Positions 59,458 through 64,000 of a DNA stretch of 64,000 bases are shown here, piece by piece (within the stretch, counting starts at the first letter, position 1; each line of letters starts with the position of its first letter). The notes under the pieces are model-generated. The model ran no database searches, had not been told where the DNA came from, and saw nothing but the letters and a program-made list of their open reading frames with translations. Source of the DNA: a virus. The stretch covers positions 1 through 64,000 of the IMG/VR virus record IMGVR_UViG_3300043100_000006. One strand, 5' to 3'. Position numbers and translations under genes: made by a program.

Positions 59458-62241
59458 GTGGAAGGATTCGAGGACAATCCCATCGACGACGTTGTTTTCA
59501 AACTGACAACCGTATACGACGGCGCACAACTAGCCGAAGGTATGTCTGGGTCTACGGCTGTGATCGAGGGCGATGTCGCCGCATGGAAAGAAGCATTTGC
59601 TTCCGCATTTACCCAGATAGAATCCAGCAACGCCGCTGTCGTTGAGTCCATTCGCACTCTCACTGCCGCGATTGACACCATCCCAGTTGCATCTACTAAG
59701 GCCGCTGCCGAATCAGGGAGCGCCTTCTCCGCCCTTACTGAGCACATCGTTAGTTCTGCTGAGGTAGCAAAGCTAGAAGCGGCCGGCATCGGCGGAGCTT
59801 TCTCTGGACTCGGCGCAATCCTCGGCGGGGGACTTGCCGTAGGGTTCCTCGCACATCTTCTCGATGAAACCAACAAAGAGGTAATCGCGCTGGGGAACCT
59901 TTCCGTGCAGAGTGGAGTGTCAATCAGTTCACTCGCAGGACTACAACTGACGGCGAGAGAACTCGGCATTGATTTCCAGGTTGTCCAGCAATCCATGACC
60001 AGGTTGGAGGCGGCGCAGGCTCGCGCCGTTGAAGGCAGCCGGGCGCAAGTGGAGGCCTTCGCGCGTATTGGGTTGACGGTCAATGAGATCAAGAATCTTT
60101 CACCGGAAGAACTGTTCAATACCGTATCCGGAGCCATACAGCACACGGGCAGTTCCGCGGATATAGCAGCATCCGCGATTACGCTTCTCGGTCGCGGTGG
60201 ACGCGCCTTAATTCCAGTATTCAAGGAATATGGCGGGACGCTCGACGAGGTAATGAAGAAACTCGGGGAGGAGAGCGGCGTCACTGAGCAAGCTTATCAA
60301 GAAGCGCTGAAATACCAGAAGGTCATGGCGGACCTTGGCGACGAGATTCGTAAACTGGCCATCGAGTCCATACCCTACCTAACGTTCGGGATACAGCACC
60401 TGTCGGCGTTCTTGGATGAAGCGAGAGCGGCAGTCGGCGAACTTGTGATCAGATCCGTCGAGTGGGTAGCGGTTAATCGTGACGTTGCGGATGCGCTGAC
60501 TGGAACTAAAAGTTTTAGCGAAGCCTATGCGGACATCAAGGTTCAGGCGGCTTTAGCAACTCAGTCCATCGCGCAACTGAACACCGAGACGGCAAAGTTG
60601 GTGAATCAGGACCTCGGCAAAACTCAAGAGAAACCAGGCGACCTAATGAACTGGGTCAACAGCCTCGACAGTGGCAAGAATGTACCATCGGGCGCAGGAG
60701 CACCGGCAGCGAAAGATAACCGCCTCGAAGACTGGAAACTACAACTTCAGCAGATGCAGGATGCGAGCAACCAGTCGCATCTGGAAATGCTGGCGCAGGA
60801 AGTGGCGTTCTGGGATAACATCCTGCAAACCGTTAAGTTGAAGACTGCGGAAGAAGTCGAGATCCGGCACACGATTGCGACGGCAAATAAAGAGTACACG
60901 AAACAGATCGAAGGCGATGTCATTCGGAGTTATCAGGAAGCGGCGCAGGCGGCGGGCGAGGGCACGGAAAAGCAAATCGCCATTCTGCAAACTCTCGAAG
61001 CCTATGTAGAGAAGACCTCGGGCAGCCAGTTCTCAGCAGAAGCCATCCACGCGCAAGAGGAGATCACGAAGGCCAAGAATGCGGCGGCGGAAAACGAGAT
61101 CAAAAACCTCTCGAAGATCGCGTCGATGAATGAGGAGATCGCCGCACAGGAAGCGAAGCGCGCGACTCTCCAAGTCCAAGAGGCGGTGAAGGACCAGCAA
61201 GCGCAGATCATCGAGCAGAAGGACCAGCAAATCAAGCCCACTGGAACCATCGGGGCCGTTGTCGACGCAAGCCAACTCCAGGCGCGGTCCTCTCAACAGA
61301 TTGCCATCGCACAGAGTGCCGCGTCTCAGGAAGAAGCAATCAGTGAACAACTCAGAGACAAACAAATCGCAGACGCGGAAGTTGTGGAGAACGCGAACAC
61401 CCAAGCCTTCGCGGCTGGTACCATCAGCCTCCAGCAATATCAGGAGGAGCACGACCGCATCGAAGGCGAGATTACAAAGTTCATCCAGCAGCAGGCAACA
61501 GAGCGCGAGGAGATCAACAAGAAACTGAACGATCAGATGGACAAGGCGGACGAGCAGGAAGCGAAGAAGATGATGCAGATTCAGGAGCAACTAACCAACT
61601 CCTTCGCGGCTGCCTTCGACAAGATGATTTTTCAGTCCAAGAATGCGGGTCAGGCCCTCCGCGATTTGTGGCAGGGGATTGTGAAAGCCATCATCGAGCA
61701 ATTTGTGAAGATGGCAACGCAATTCATCATCCAGCAGACAGTGATGAACGCAATCGCTAAGGCTTTGGCTGCACAGAAGTTGGCAACGGCAATGGCTGCG
61801 GATGAAGCGGAGCACGTCACGACGGTAGCGGCGAACGAACTCCAAGTACAGAGTTATGCGGGAGTGGCGGCTGCGGCTGCGTTTGCTGCGAATGCCGAAG
61901 ACCCTGTCGCGGCTGCTGTGGCAGCTACGGCGGCGTTCGCTGCTACAGAAGCTTTCGGATCGGCTGCCGCAGCGGAGCGCGGGTACGATGTGCCGGGAAA
62001 GAGCGGCGTGTATCCAACGTTCCTCCATCCGCGCGAAATGGTTTTGCCGTCCGACATCGCCGGCGGAGTGCGGAGCATGGTAAACAACTCGACTTCGAAC
62101 ACAAGTGCGGCAGGCCAGACATTCAACGTGCGCCAGGTGTTTGCGCCGACGATCAATACGCCATTCAATCCGGAGGAGCACGCGGATAAATTGTTCTCGA
62201 TGTTCCGCGGCAAGTTGCGGAAGTTGGGGGTGAGCGCATAA
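59458..62241 (+). CDS. tape measure protein
   Basis: 927 aa, A/E/Q-rich helical; C-terminal GYDVP...LHPREMVLP. Confidence 0.92.
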   Translation: MEGFEDNPIDDVVFKLTTVYDGAQLAEGMSGSTAVIEGDVAAWKEAFASAFTQIESSNAAVVESIRTLTAAIDTIPVASTKAAAESGSAFSALTEHIVSSAEVAKLEAAGIGGAFSGLGAILGGGLAVGFLAHLLDETNKEVIALGNLSVQSGVSISSLAGLQLTARELGIDFQVVQQSMTRLEAAQARAVEGSRAQVEAFARIGLTVNEIKNLSPEELFNTVSGAIQHTGSSADIAASAITLLGRGGRALIPVFKEYGGTLDEVMKKLGEESGVTEQAYQEALKYQKVMADLGDEIRKLAIESIPYLTFGIQHLSAFLDEARAAVGELVIRSVEWVAVNRDVADALTGTKSFSEAYADIKVQAALATQSIAQLNTETAKLVNQDLGKTQEKPGDLMNWVNSLDSGKNVPSGAGAPAAKDNRLEDWKLQLQQMQDASNQSHLEMLAQEVAFWDNILQTVKLKTAEEVEIRHTIATANKEYTKQIEGDVIRSYQEAAQAAGEGTEKQIAILQTLEAYVEKTSGSQFSAEAIHAQEEITKAKNAAAENEIKNLSKIASMNEEIAAQEAKRATLQVQEAVKDQQAQIIEQKDQQIKPTGTIGAVVDASQLQARSSQQIAIAQSAASQEEAISEQLRDKQIADAEVVENANTQAFAAGTISLQQYQEEHDRIEGEITKFIQQQATEREEINKKLNDQMDKADEQEAKKMMQIQEQLTNSFAAAFDKMIFQSKNAGQALRDLWQGIVKAIIEQFVKMATQFIIQQTVMNAIAKALAAQKLATAMAADEAEHVTTVAANELQVQSYAGVAAAAAFAANAEDPVAAAVAATAAFAATEAFGSAAAAERGYDVPGKSGVYPTFLHPREMVLPSDIAGGVRSMVNNSTSNTSAAGQTFNVRQVFAPTINTPFNPEEHADKLFSMFRGKLRKLGVSA

Positions 62242-63092
62242 TGTCCTCGCCGCTGCTCACGTTCCCGCTGTCAATTCCTGCAACGTTCGGCTGGCCTCTG
62301 AAACAAACTGCATATGGCACGACAATAACCCAGCATCCGGCAAGCGGGCGCGGCGATATCCGCATTCCGACAATGCTTTACCCGCGCTGGAAATTCTCAT
62401 TGGACCTCTCATTTTTGAAAGGCGACGCTACGGGCGTCAATACGAACTGGCAGTTGTGGACAAACTTTTTTATTGGCGTCCAGTTTGGAGCTGCGGACTG
62501 GCTCTTACTTCACCCATACGACAACATAATTGGCAGTTACAAAGTCACGGGGGCGGTAACGAGCGGGGTCTTCTTCCCGGACGAACAGGTAGTGCAGGCG
62601 ACTAGCGGGGCAGCGGCGCAGATGATTGGATCGACCTTTGGAATCGGCCCATTGCTCATGGGACCAATTACAGGCACTCCAGATGGAACGCATGGATGGG
62701 TCGGTCAACAGAGCGGAGCGGTGTTTACGCCGAGCGCGACTCCGGTTGTAAATACCTCGCAGGCAATCGCGACAGGTGACGGCACGACTACCGAATTTTC
62801 CATTATCAGAACGTTCGTGGTCGGCGGCGCCCAGGAACTTATTCAGAATTTCTCGGTCGGATCGCCACAGGTATTCTTGAATGGTGCTTTGCAGTCATCC
62901 TCGCTGTACAGTATTGACGAGTACGGAACCATCACGTTTACAACCGCACCAGGCGCAGGCGTAGTGATTTCGTGGATTGGGCAATTCTATTACCGGTGCC
63001 ACCTCCTGAAAGACGAGTTTGACGATTTGAGCGAGGACTATTACCAGTTATGGTCCTGCAGTTCCGTGGAGTTTGAAAGCAGCCTTCTCTGA
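62241..63092 (+). CDS. distal tail protein (DUF2460-like)
   Basis: SGR..R....YPRW.F.L; GDG.TT.F; FTTAP..G..I.W.G.FYYRC. Confidence 0.85.
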   Translation: MSSPLLTFPLSIPATFGWPLKQTAYGTTITQHPASGRGDIRIPTMLYPRWKFSLDLSFLKGDATGVNTNWQLWTNFFIGVQFGAADWLLLHPYDNIIGSYKVTGAVTSGVFFPDEQVVQATSGAAAQMIGSTFGIGPLLMGPITGTPDGTHGWVGQQSGAVFTPSATPVVNTSQAIATGDGTTTEFSIIRTFVVGGAQELIQNFSVGSPQVFLNGALQSSSLYSIDEYGTITFTTAPGAGVVISWIGQFYYRCHLLKDEFDDLSEDYYQLWSCSSVEFESSLL

Positions 63093-63093
63093 A

Positions 63094-64000
63094 ATGAAGA
63101 AAATATCTCCCGCCCTCCAAGCCTTCTTGCTCACAGCGAACGGCATCATGTCGCGCGCCGATCTTGTGAGCATCACGCTTCCGAACGGGATGACGCTCAA
63201 TGTTGTCTCCGGCACGAACACCGATATCGTTTTCCCTGCGAACGGAATCCGGTTCTATTGCTCAAAATACGGCGTTTGGGAGCGCGGCGCGTTCACGAAC
63301 AAGGCAGACTTTAAGCCAAGCAGCGAGTCGATGGAACTAAAAGGACTGATTAAGGAAACGGTCTTCTACCCTGGAACCACTACCCCATTGATGCAGGTGA
63401 TCAATCTCGGAATGTTGAGCGGAGCGACAGTCAGCATCCAGAGCATCTTCTGGTCCGCGGGTGCCCCGACTGCATCCTTCTATCTTCCTGCCAACCTGAA
63501 TGTAGGATGGACAGGCGGAAACGTTACCGGCATCAGCATGGGTTCGATGCAATTGACGGTTGGGCAGATCGGAAATATCAAGAACGCGGGCCGGTCGAAT
63601 ATTATCTGTGAAGTCTTTGATCTGCTTTACATCCTGAACCGCCAGGTACCTCCGTTCAGCATCCAGTCCGCGTGTCGTCATTCCGTCTTCGATCCAAGTT
63701 GCACGCTAAATGTGGCGAACTTTCAAAGCACGAATGTTCCACTGGATGCGACCAGCACAAGCCTTTACTTGAATCTCGATCTGCCAGCGCGCGCAAGCGG
63801 CACAGCGTATGCGTTCGGCAACTTGATCAATGTCGGCAACGTGATCTACATGTGCACAACGGCAGGAACGTCGGCTGGCAGCGCTCCAACGTTCAACTCC
63901 GCACGCGGCGCGATTACATCGGACGGCTCTACGCTCAGATGGACCTCGCAAAACGGCGCCTATCCGTTGGGTTACGTGTTCTTCACGGGCGGCCAAAACA
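63094..64000 (+). CDS. baseplate hub protein (DUF2163-like), partial
   Basis: Open to the window end: MKKISPALQAFL...ADL..ITL..G; LN..VP...Q..CRHSVFDPSC. Confidence 0.8.
   Translation, partial: MKKISPALQAFLLTANGIMSRADLVSITLPNGMTLNVVSGTNTDIVFPANGIRFYCSKYGVWERGAFTNKADFKPSSESMELKGLIKETVFYPGTTTPLMQVINLGMLSGATVSIQSIFWSAGAPTASFYLPANLNVGWTGGNVTGISMGSMQLTVGQIGNIKNAGRSNIICEVFDLLYILNRQVPPFSIQSACRHSVFDPSCTLNVANFQSTNVPLDATSTSLYLNLDLPARASGTAYAFGNLINVGNVIYMCTTAGTSAGSAPTFNSARGAITSDGSTLRWTSQNGAYPLGYVFFTGGQN

Noticed and set aside
2875-59462. TCCACCGGGTGGA copies as CRISPR repeats or IS ends
   Set aside because: Spaced kilobases apart and irregularly, with no target-site duplications or paired transposase
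1700-64000. Numerous long minus-strand ORFs (e.g. 12458..13477, 14430..15371, 45497..46339, 59403..60284)
   Set aside because: Antisense shadows of well-supported plus-strand genes in GC-rich DNA, with no motifs; only the HNH at 56790..57371 is accepted

Overview
The window is a contiguous ~64 kb segment of a large tailed (siphovirus-type) phage or prophage genome, almost all coded on the + strand. The host is possibly Acidobacteriota; this is an inference from the look of the ACP, cold-shock and Tat/Sec-exported proteins. Layout: (1) 1-1.5 kb, a short leftward block with an IS1595-like transposase start and an HNH gene. (2) 1.6-30 kb, an early/middle accessory region with a J-domain protein, acyl carrier protein, JAB peptidase, ParB-like protein, ATPase-GNAT, DUF932, two paralogous AAA+ ATPases, ASCH, radical SAM, C5 and amino-MTases, SNF2 helicase, clamp-like protein, truncated TnpB, Mom-like GNAT, PAPS-reductase-like protein, DUF1643 and dozens of small ORFs. 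(3) From ~30 kb, a late region with terminase, portal, MuF, protease/scaffold, capsid, neck, tail tube, chaperones, tape measure, DUF2460 and DUF2163, interleaved with several signal-peptide-bearing Cys/Thr/Gly-rich proteins. No integrase, lysis genes, CRISPR array, rRNA or complete tRNA were recognised. The most notable signals are: 11 dispersed copies of the 13-bp palindrome TCCACC(G/C)GGTGGA, mostly just upstream of start codons; an A_AAA_AAG -1 frameshift that would fuse the portal to an Acb1-like 2H-phosphoesterase/MuF protein; an ACP-JAB-nuclease-ParB-ATPase/GNAT cluster; exported tail-fibre-like proteins; a promoter family sharing a GATTCACTAGTAT box; and a two-gene cassette flanked by ~31-bp inverted repeats. 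All family assignments come from motif recognition by eye, not database searches.
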